From: Eledone cirrhosa
Taxonomy: Eukaryota
Length of the DNA stretch: 64,000 nucleotides
Assembly: GCA_964016885.1 (NCBI GenBank)
Contig: OZ024742.1
Span: forward strand, 18,290,001 to 18,354,000
Direction of reading: 5' to 3'
Part shown: piece by piece, positions 49,901 to 61,900 of the stretch
Layout: each line of letters opens with the position of its first letter
How positions within the stretch are numbered: position 1 is the stretch's first letter
The notes under the pieces: generated by a model
Told to the model about the DNA's origin: nothing
What the model saw: only the letters and a program-made list of their open reading frames with translations
Databases searched by the model: none
Position numbers and translations under genes: made by a program

Positions 49901-52900
49901 AATAGAGACGAAGGGTTGCGACTTACTACGTCTCTTGACAATAGAGACGAAGGGTTACGACTTACTACGTCTCTTGACAATAGAGACGAAGGGTTGCGAC
50001 TTACTACGTCTCTTGACAGTAGAGACGAAGGGTTGCGACTTACTACGTCTCTTGACAATAGAGACGAAGGGTTGCGACTTACTACGTCTCTTGACAGTAG
50101 AGACGAAGGGTTGCGACTTACTACGTCTCTTGACAATAGAGACGAAGGGTTGCGACTTACTACGTCTCTTTACAATAGAGACGAAGGGTTACGACTTACT
50201 ACGTCTCTTGACAATAGAGACGAAGGGTTGCGACTTACTACGTCTCTTGACAATGGAGACGAAGGGTTACGACTTACTACGTCTCTTGACAGTAGAGACG
50301 AAGGGTTGCGATTTACTACGTCTCTTGACAGTAGAGACGAAGGGTTACGACTTACTACGTCTCTTGACAATAGAGACGAAGGGTTGCGACTTACTACGTC
50401 TCTTGACAGTAGAGACGAAGGGTTACGACTTACTACGTCTCTTGACAGTAGAGACGAAGGGTTACGACTTGCTACGTCTCTTGACAGTAGAGACGAAGGG
50501 TTACGACTTACTACGTCTCTTAACAGTAGAGACGAAGGGTTGCGACTTACTACGTCTCTTGACAATAGAGACGAAGGGTTGCGACTTACTACGTCTCTTG
50601 ACAGTAGAGACGAAGGGTTACAACTTACTACGTCTCTTGACAGTAGAGACGAAGGGTTGCTACTTACTACGTCTCTTGATAATAGAGACGTAGGGTTGCG
50701 ACTTACTACGTCTCTTGACATTAGAGACGAAGGGTTGCGACTTACTACGTCTCTTGACAGTAGAGACGAAGGGTTACGACTTACTACGTCTCTTGACAAT
50801 AGAGACGAACGGTTGCGACTTACTACGTCTCTTGATAGTAGAGACGAAGGGTTACGACTTACTACGTCTCTTGACAATAGAGACGAACGGTTGCGACTTA
50901 CTACGTCTCTTGACAGTAGAGACGAAGGGTTACGACTTACTACGTCTCTTGACAGTAGAGACGAAGGGTTGCGACTTACTACGTCTCTTGACAATAGAGA
51001 CGAACGGTTGCGACTTACTACGGCTCTTGACAATAGAGACGAAGGGTTGCGACTTACTACGTCTCTTGACAGTAGAGACGAAGGGTTACGACTTACTACG
51101 TCTCTTGACAGTAGAGACGAAGGGTTACGACTTACTACGTCTCTTGACAGTAGAGACGAAGGGTTACGACTTACTACGTCTCTTGACAGTAGAGACGAAG
51201 GGTTACGACTTACTACGTCTCTTGACAGTAGAGACGAAGGGTTGTGACTTACTACGTCTCTTGACAGTAGGGACGAAGGGTTACGACTTACTACGTCTCT
51301 TGACAAAAGAGACGAAGGGTTGCGACTTACTACGTCTCTTGACAATCGAGACGAAGGGTTGCGACTTACTACGTCTCTTGACAGTAGGGACGAAGGGTTA
51401 CGACTTACTACGTCTCTTGACAATAGAGACGAAGTGTTGCGACTTATTACGTCTCTTGACAGTAGAGACGAAGGGTTGCGACTTACTACGTCTCTTGACA
51501 ATAGAGACGAAGGGTTGCGACTTACAACGTCTCTTGACAATAGAGACGAAGGGTTGCGACTTACTACGTCTCTTGACAATGGAAACGAAGGGTTACGACT
51601 TACTACGACTCTTGACAGTAGAGACGAAGGGTTGCGACTTACTAGTCTCTTGACAATAGAGACGAAGGGTTGCGACTTACTACGTCTCTTGACAATAGAG
51701 ACGAAGGGTTACGACTTACTACGTCTCTTGACAATAGAGACGAAGGGTTGCGACTTACTACGTCTCTTGACAGTAGAGACGAAGGGTTGCGACTTACTAC
51801 GTCTCTTGACAATAGAGACGAAGGGTTGCGACTTACTACGTCTCTTGACAGTAGAGACGAAGGGTTGCGACTTACTACGTCTCTTGACAATAGAGACGAA
51901 GGGTTGCGACTTACTACGTCTCTTTACAATAGAGACGAAGGGTTACGACTTACTACGTCTCTTGACAATAGAGACGAAGGGTTGCGACTTACTACGTCTC
52001 TTGACAATGGAGACGAAGGGTTACGACTTACTACGTCTCTTGACAGTAGAGACGAAGGGTTGCGATTTACTACGTCTCTTGACAGTAGAGACGAAGGGTT
52101 ACGACTAACTACGTCTCTTGACAATAGAGACGAAGGGTTGCGACTTACTACGTCTCTTGACAGTAGAGACGAAGGGTTACGACTTACTACGTCTCTTGAC
52201 AGTAGAGACGAAGGGTTACGACTTGCTACGTCTCTTGACAGTAGAGACGAAGGGTTACGACTTACTACGTCTCTTAACAGTAGAGACGAAGGGTTGCGAC
52301 TTACTACGTCTCTTGACAATAGAGACGAAGGGTTGCGACTTACTACGTCTCTTGACAGTAGAGACGAAGGGTTACAACTTACTACGTCTCTTGACAGTAG
52401 AGACGAAGGGTTGCTACGTACTACGTCTCTTGATAATAGAGACGTAGGGTTGCGACTTACTACGTCTCTTGACATTAGAGACGAAGGGTTGCGACTTACT
52501 ACGTCTCTTGACAGTAGAGACGAAGGGTTACGACTTACTACGTCTCTTGACAATAGAGACGAACGGTTGCGACTTACTACGTCTCTTGATAGTAGAGACG
52601 AAGGGTTACGACTTACTACGTCTCTTGACAATAGAGACGAACGGTTGCGACTTACTACGTCTCTTGACAGTAGAGACGAAGGGTTACGACTTACTACGTC
52701 TCTTGACAGTAGGGACGAAGGGTTGCGACTTACTACGTCTCCTGACAATAGAGACGAAGGGTTGCGACTTACTACGTCTCTTGACAGTAGGGACGAAGGG
52801 TTGCGACTTACTACGTCTCCTGACAATAGAGACGAAGGGTTGCGACTTACTACGTCTCTTGACAGTAGGGACGAAGGGTTGCGACTTACTACGTCTCTTG

Positions 52901-55900
52901 ACAATAGAGACGAAGGGTTGCGACCTACTACGTCTCTTGACAGTAGGGACGAAGGGTTGCGACTTACTACGTCTCTTGACAATAGAGACGAAGGGTTGCG
53001 ACTTACTACGTCTCTTGACAGTAGGGACGAAGGGTTGCGACTTACTACGTCTCTTGACAATAGAGACGAAGGGTTGCGACTTACTACGTCTCTTGACAGT
53101 AGAGACGAAGGGTTGCGACTTACTACGTCTCTTGACAATAGAGACGAACGGTTGCGACTTACTACGTCTCTTGACAATAGAGACGAAGGGTTGCGACTTA
53201 CTACGTCTCTTGACAGTAGAGACGAAGGGTTACGACTTACTACGTCTCTTGACAGTAGAGACGAAGGGTTACGACTTGCTACGTCTCTTGACAGTAGAGA
53301 CGAAGGGTTACGACATACTACGTCTCTTAACAGTAGAGACGAAGGGTTGCGACTTACTACGTCTCTTGACAATAGAGACGAAGGGTTGCGACTTACTACG
53401 TCTCTTGACAATAGAGACGAAGGGTTGCGACTTACTACGTCTCTTGACAATAGAGACGAAGGGTTACGACTTACTACGTCTCTTGACAATAGAGACGAAG
53501 GGTTGCGACTTACTACGTCTCTTGACAGTAGAGACGAAGGGTTACGACTTACTACGTCTCTTGACAGTAGAGACGAAGGGTTGCGACTTACTACGTCTCT
53601 TGACAGTAGAGACGAAGGGTTGCGACTTACTACGTCTCTTGACAGTAGAGACGAACGGTTGCGACTTACTACGTCTCTTGACAGTAGAGACGAAGGGTTA
53701 CGACTTACTACGTCTCTTGACAGTAGAGACGAAGGGTTGCGACTTACTACGTCTCTTGACAATAGAGACGAACGGTTGCGACTTACTACGGCTCTTGACA
53801 ATAGAGACGAAGGGTTGCGACTTACTACGTCTCTTGACAGTAGAGACGAAGGGTTACGACTTACTACGTCTCTTGACAGTAGAGACGAAGGGTTACGACT
53901 TACTACGTCTCTTGACAGTAGAGACGAAGGGTTACGACTTACTACGTCTCTTGACAGTAGAGACGAAGGGTTACGACTTACTACGTCTCTTGACAGTAGA
54001 GACGAAGGGTTGTGACTTACTACGTCTCTTGACAGTAGGGACGAAGGGTTACGACTTACTACGTCTCTTGACAAAAGAGACGAAGGGTTGCGACTTACAA
54101 CGTCTCTTGACAATAGAGACGAAGGGTTGCGACTTACTACGTCTCTTGACAATGGAAACGAAGGGTTACGACTTACTACGACTCTTGACAGTAGAGACGA
54201 AGGGTTGCGACTTACTAGTCTCTTGACAATAGAGACGAAGGGTTGCGACTTACTACGTCTCTTGACAATAGAGACGAAGGGTTACGACTTACTACGTCTC
54301 TTGACAATAGAGACGAAGGGTTGCGACTTACTACGTCTCTTGACAGTAGAGACGAAGGGTTGCGACTTACTACGTCTCTTGACAATAGAGACGAAGGGTT
54401 GCGACTTACTACGTCTCTTGACAGTAGAGACGAAGGGTTGCGACTTACTACGTCTCTTGACAATAGAGACGAAGGGTTGCGACTTACTACGTCTCTTTAC
54501 AATAGAGACGAAGGGTTACGACTTACTACGTCTCTTGACAATAGAGACGAAGGGTTGCGACTTACTACGTCTCTTGACAATGGAGACGAAGGGTTACGAC
54601 TTACTACGTCTCTTGACAGTAGAGACGAAGGGTTGCGATTTACTACGTCTCTTGACAGTAGAGACGAAGGGTTACGACTTACTACGTCTCTTGACAATAG
54701 AGACGAAGGGTTGCGACTTACTACGTCTCTTGACAGTAGAGACGAAGGGTTACGACTTACTACGTCTCTTGACAGTAGAGACGAAGGGTTACGACTTGCT
54801 ACGTCTCTTGACAGTAGAGACGAAGGGTTACGACTTACTACGTCTCTTAACAGTAGAGACGAAGGGTTGCGACTTACTACGTCTCTTGACAATAGAGACG
54901 AAGGGTTGCGACTTACTACGTCTCTTGACAGTAGAGACGAAGGGTTACAACTTACTACGTCTCTTGACAGTAGAGACGAAGGGTTGCTACTTACTACGTC
55001 TCTTGATAATAGAGACGTAGGGTTGCGACTTACTACGTCTCTTGACATTAGAGACGAAGGGTTGCGACTTACTACGTCTCTTGACAGTAGAGACGAAGGG
55101 TTACGACTTACTACGTCTCTTGACAATAGAGACGAACGGTTGCGACTTACTACGTCTCTTGATAGTAGAGACGAAGGGTTACGACTTACTACGTCTCTTG
55201 ACAATAGAGACGAACGGTTGCGACTTACTACGTCTCTTGACAGTAGAGACGAAGGGTTACGACTTACTACGTCTCTTGACAGTAGGGACGAAGGGTTGCG
55301 ACTTACTACGTCTCCTGACAATAGAGACGAAGGGTTGCGACTTACTACGTCTCTTGACAGTAGGGACGAAGGGTTGCGACTTACTACGTCTCCTGACAAT
55401 AGAGACGAAGGGTTGCGACTCACTACGTCTCTTGACAGTAGGGACGAAGGGTTGCGACTTACTACGTCTCTTGACAATAGAGACGAAGGGTTGCGACCTA
55501 CTACGTCTCTTGACAGTAGGGACGAAGGGTTGCGACTTACTACGTCTCTTGACAATAGAGACGAAGGGTTGCGACTTACTACGTCTCTTGACAGTAGGGA
55601 CGAAGGGTTGCGACTTACTACGTCTCTTGACAATAGAGACGAAGGGTTGCGACTTACTACGTCTCTTGACAGTAGAGACGAAGGGTTGCGACTTACTACG
55701 TCTCTTGACAATAGAGACGAACGGTTGCGACTTACTACGTCTCTTGACAATAGAGACGAAGGGTTGCGACTTACTACGTCTCTTGACAGTAGAGACGAAG
55801 GGTTACGACTTACTACGTCTCTTGACAGTAGAGACGAAGGGTTACGACTTGCTACGTCTCTTGACAGTAGAGACGAAGGGTTACGACATACTACGTCTCT

Positions 55901-58900
55901 TAACAGTAGAGACGAAGGGTTGCGACTTACTACGTCTCTTGACAATAGAGACGAAGGGTTGCGACTTACTACGTCTCTTGACAATAGAGACGAAGGGTTG
56001 CGACTTACTACGTCTCTTGACAATAGAGACGAAGGGTTACGACTTACTACGTCTCTTGACAATAGAGACGAAGGGTTGCGACTTACTACGTCTCTTGACA
56101 GTAGAGACGAAGGGTTACGACTTACTACGTCTCTTGACAGTAGAGACGAAGGGTTGCGACTTACTACGTCTCTTGACAGTAGAGACGAAGGGTTGCGACT
56201 TACTACGTCTCTTGACAGTAGAGACGAAGGGTTGCGACTTACTACGTCTCTTGACAGTAGAGACGAAGGGTTACGACTTACTACGTCTCTTGACAGTAGA
56301 GACGAAGGGTTGCGACTTACTACGTCTCTTGTCAATGGAGACGAAGGGTTACGACTTACTACGTTTCTTGACAATAGAGACGAAGGGTTACGATTTACTA
56401 CGTCTCTTGACAACAGAGACGAAGGGTTGCGATTTACTACGTCTCTTGACAGTAGAGACGAAGGGTTGCGACTTACTACGTCTCTTGACAGTAGAGACGA
56501 AGGGTTACGACTTACTACGTCTCTTGACAGTAGAGACGAAGGGTTACGACTTACTACGTCTCTTGACAGTAGAGACGAAGGGTTGTGACTTACTACGTCT
56601 CTTGACAGTAGAGACGAAGTGTTGCGACTTACTACGTCTTTTGACAGTAGAGACGAAGTGTTGCGACTTACTACGTCTTTTGACAATAGAGACGAAGGGT
56701 TGCGACTTACTACGTCTCTTGACAGTAGAGACGAAGTGTTGCGACTTACTACGTCTTTTGACAATAGAGACGAAGGGTTGCGACTTACTACGTCTCTTGA
56801 CAGTAGAGACGAAGTGTTGCGACTTACTACGTCTTTTGACAGTAGAGACGAAGGGTTGCGACTTACTACGTCTTTTGACAGTAGAGATGAAGTGTTGCGA
56901 CTTACTACGTCTTTTGACAGTAGAGACGAAGTGTTGCGACTTACTACGTCTTTTGACAGTAGAGACGAAGTGTTGCGACTTACTACGTCTTTTGACAGTA
57001 GAGACGAAGTGTTGCGACTTACTACGTCTTTTGACAGTAGAGACGAAGTGTTGCGACTTACTACGTCTTTTGACAGTAGAGACGAAGTGTTGCGACTTAC
57101 TACGTCTTTTGACAATAGAGACGAAGGGTTGCGACTTACTACGTCTCTTGACAGTAGAGTCGAAGTGTTGCGACTTACTACGTCTTTTGATAGTAGAGAC
57201 GAAGGGTTGCGACTTACTGCGTCTCTTGACAATAGAGACGAAGGGTTGGGACTTACTACGTCTTTTAACAGTAGAGACGACGTGTTGCGATTTACTACAT
57301 CTTTTGACAGTAGAGACGAAGTGTTGCGACTTACTACGTATTTTGACAGTAGAGACGAAGGGTTGCGACTTACTACGTCTTTTGACAGTAGAGACGAAGG
57401 GTTGCGACTTACTAGGTCTCTTGACAATAGAGACGAAGGGTTGCGACTTACTACGTCTCTTGACAGTAGAGACGAAGGGTTGCGACTTACTACGTCTCTT
57501 GACAGTAGAGACGAAGGGTTGCGACTTACTACGTCTCTTGACAGTAGGGACGAAGGGTTACGACTTACTACGTCTCTTGACAATAGAGACGAAGGGTTGC
57601 GACTTACTACGTCTCTTGACAATAGAGACGAAGGGTTACGACTTACTACGTCTCTTGACAATAGAGACGAAGGGTTACGACTTACTACGTCTCTTGACGG
57701 TAAAGACGAAGGGTTACGACTTACTACGTCTCTTGACAGTAGAGACGAAGGGTTACGACTTGCTACGTCTCTTGACAGTAGAGACGAAGGGTTACGACTT
57801 ACTACGTCTCTTAACAGTAGAGACGAAGGGTTGCGACTTACTACGTCTCTTGACAATAGAGACGAAGGGTTGCGACTTACTACGTCTCTTGACAATAGAG
57901 ACGAAGGGTTGCGACTTACTACGTCTCTTGACAATAGAGACGAAGGGTTGCGACTTACTACGTCTCTTGACAGTAGAGACGAAGGGTTGCGACTTACTAC
58001 GTCTCTTGACAGTAGAGACGAAGGGTTACGACTTACTACGTCTCTTGACAATAGAGACGAAGGGTTGCGACTTACTACGTCTCTTGACAATAGAGACGAA
58101 GGGTTACGACTTACTACGTCTCTTGACAATAGAGACGAAGGGTTGCGACTTACTACGTCTCTTGACAGTAGAGACGAAGGGTTGCGACTTACTACGTCTC
58201 TTGACAGTAGAGACGAAGGGTTACGACTTACTACGTCTCTTGACAGTAGAGACGAAGGGTTGCGACTTACTACGTCTCTTGACAGTAGAGACGAAGGGTT
58301 GCGACTTACTACGTCTCTTGACAATAGAGACGAAGGGTTGCGACTTACTACGTCTCTTGACAATAGAGACGAAGGGTTGCGACTTACTACGTCTCTTGAC
58401 AATAGAGACGAAGGGTTGCGACTTACTACGTCTCTTGACAATAGAGACGAAGGGTTGCGACTTACTACGTCTCTTGACAATAGAGACGAAGGGTTGCGAC
58501 TTACTACGTCTCTTGACAATAGAGACGAAGGGTTACGACTTACTACGTCTCTTGACAATAGAGACGAAGGGTTGCGACTTACTACGTCTCTTGACAGTAG
58601 AGACGAAGGGTTGCGACTTACTACGTCTCTTGACAGTAGAGACGAAGGGTTACGACTTACTACGTCTCTTGACAGTAGAGACGAAGGGTTGCGACTTACT
58701 ACGTCTCTTGACAGTAGAGACGAAGGGTTGCGACTTACTACGTCTCTTGACAGTAGAGACGAAGGGTTGCGACTTACTACGTCTCTTGACAGTAGAGACG
58801 AAGGGTTACGACTTACTACGTCTCTTGACAGTAGAGACGAAGGGTTGCGACTTACTACGTCTCTTGTCAATGGAGACGAAGGGTTACGACTTACTACGTT

Positions 58901-61900
58901 TCTTGACAATAGAGACGAAGGGTTACGATTTACTACGTCTCTTGACAACAGAGACGAAGGGTTGCGATTTACTACGTCTCTTGACAGTAGAGACGAAGGG
59001 TTGCGACTTACTACGTCTCTTGACAGTAGAGACGAAGGGTTACGACTTACTACGTCTCTTGACAGTAGAGACGAAGGGTTACGACTTACTACGTCTCTTG
59101 ACAGTAGAGACGAAGGGTTGTGACTTACTACGTCTCTTGACAGTAGAGACGAAGTGTTGCGACTTACTACGTCTTTTGACAGTAGAGACGAAGTGTTGCG
59201 ACTTACTACGTCTTTTGACAATAGAGACGAAGGGTTGCGACTTACTACGTCTCTTGACAGTAGAGACGAAGTGTTGCGACTTACTACGTCTTTTGACAAT
59301 AGAGACGAAGGGTTGCGACTTACTACGTCTCTTGACAGTAGAGACGAAGTGTTGCGACTTACTACGTCTTTTGACAGTAGAGACGAAGGGTTGCGACTTA
59401 CTACGTCTTTTGACAGTAGAGATGAAGTGTTGCGACTTACTACGTCTTTTGACAGTAGAGACGAAGTGTTGCGACTTACTACGTCTTTTGACAGTAGAGA
59501 CGAAGTGTTGCGACTTACTACGTCTTTTGACAGTAGAGACGAAGTGTTGCGACTTACTACGTCTTTTGACAGTAGAGACGAAGTGTTGCGACTTACTACG
59601 TCTTTTGACAGTAGAGACGAAGTGTTGCGACTTACTACGTCTTTTGACAATAGAGACGAAGGGTTGCGACTTACTACGTCTCTTGACAGTAGAGTCGAAG
59701 TGTTGCGACTTACTACGTCTTTTGATAGTAGAGACGAAGGGTTGCGACTTACTGCGTCTCTTGACAATAGAGACGAAGGGTTGGGACTTACTACGTCTTT
59801 TAACAGTAGAGACGACGTGTTGCGATTTACTACATCTTTTGACAGTAGAGACGAAGTGTTGCGACTTACTACGTATTTTGACAGTAGAGACGAAGGGTTG
59901 CGACTTACTACGTCTTTTGACAGTAGAGACGAAGGGTTGCGACTTACTAGGTCTCTTGACAATAGAGACGAAGGGTTGCGACTTACTACGTCTCTTGACA
60001 GTAGAGACGAAGGGTTGCGACTTACTACGTCTCTTGACAGTAGAGACGAAGGGTTGCGACTTACTACGTCTCTTGACAGTAGGGACGAAGGGTTACGACT
60101 TACTACGTCTCTTGACAATAGAGACGAAGGGTTGCGACTTACTACGTCTCTTGACAATAGAGACGAAGGGTTACGACTTACTACGTCTCTTGACAATAGA
60201 GACGAAGGGTTACGACTTACTACGTCTCTTGACGGTAAAGACGAAGGGTTACGACTTACTACGTCTCTTGACAGTAGAGACGAAGGGTTACGACTTGCTA
60301 CGTCTCTTGACAGTAGAGACGAAGGGTTACGACTTACTACGTCTCTTAACAGTAGAGACGAAGGGTTGCGACTTACTACGTCTCTTGACAATAGAGACGA
60401 AGGGTTGCGACTTACTACGTCTCTTGACAATAGAGACGAAGGGTTGCGACTTACTACGTCTCTTGACAATAGAGACGAAGGGTTGCGACTTACTACGTCT
60501 CTTGACAGTAGAGACGAAGGGTTGCGACTTACTACGTCTCTTGACAGTAGAGACGAAGGGTTACGACTTACTACGTCTCTTGACAATAGAGACGAAGGGT
60601 TGCGACTTACTACGTCTCTTGACAATAGAGACGAAGGGTTACGACTTACTACGTCTCTTGACAATAGAGACGAAGGGTTGCGACTTACTACGTCTCTTGA
60701 CAGTAGAGACGAAGGGTTGCGACTTACTACGTCTCTTGACAGTAGAGACGAAGGGTTGCGACTTACTACGTCTCTTGACAGTAGAGACGAAGGGTTGCGA
60801 CTTACTACGTCTCTTGACAGTAGAGACGAAGGGTTACGACTTACTACGTCTCTTGACAGTAGAGACGAAGGGTTGCGACTTACTACGTCTCTTGTCAATG
60901 GAGACGAAGGGTTACGACTTACTACGTTTCTTGACAATAGAGACGAAGGGTTACGTCTTACTACGTCTCTTGACAATAGAGACGAAGGGTTGCGATTTAC
61001 TACGTCTCTTGACAGTAGAGACGAAGGGTTGCGACTTACTACGTCTCTTGACAGTAGAGACGAAGGGTTACGACTTACTACGTCTCTTGACAGTAGAGAC
61101 GAAGGGTTACGACTTACTACGTCTCTTGACAGTAGAGACGAAGGGTTGTGACTTACTACGTCTCTTGACAGTAGAGACGAAGGGTTGCGACTTACTACAT
61201 CTCTTGACAGTAGAGACGAAGTGTTGCGACTTACTACGTCTTTTGACAATAGAGACGAAGTGTTGCGACTTACTACGTCTTTTGACAATAGAGACGAAGG
61301 GTTGCGACTTACTAAGTCTCTTGACAGTAGAGACGAAGTGTTGCGACTTACTACGTCTTTTGACAATAGAGACGAAGGGTTGCGACTTACTACGTCTCTT
61401 GACAGTAGAGACGAAGTGTTGCGACTTACTACGTCTTTTGACAGTAGAGACGAAGGCTTGCGACTTACTACGTCTTTTGACAGTAGAGATGAAGTGTTGC
61501 GACTTACTACGTCTTTTGACAGTAGAGACGAAGTGTTGCGACTTACTGCGTCTTTTGACAGTAGAGACGAAGTGTTGCGACTTACTACGTCTTTTGACAG
61601 TAGAGACGAAGTGTTGCGACTTACTACGTCTTTTGACAATAGAGACGAAGGGTTGCGACTTACTACGTCTCTTGACAGTAGAGTCGAAGTGTTGCGACTT
61701 ACTACGTCTTTTGATAGTAGAGACGAAGGGTTGCGACTTACTGCGTCTCTTGACAATAGAGACGAAGGGTTGGGACTTACGACGTCTTTTAACAGTAGAG
61801 ACGAAGTGTTGCGACTTACTACATCTTTTGACACTAGAGACGAAGTGTTGCGACTTACTACGTATTTTGACAGTAGAGACGAAGGGTTGCGACTTACTAC

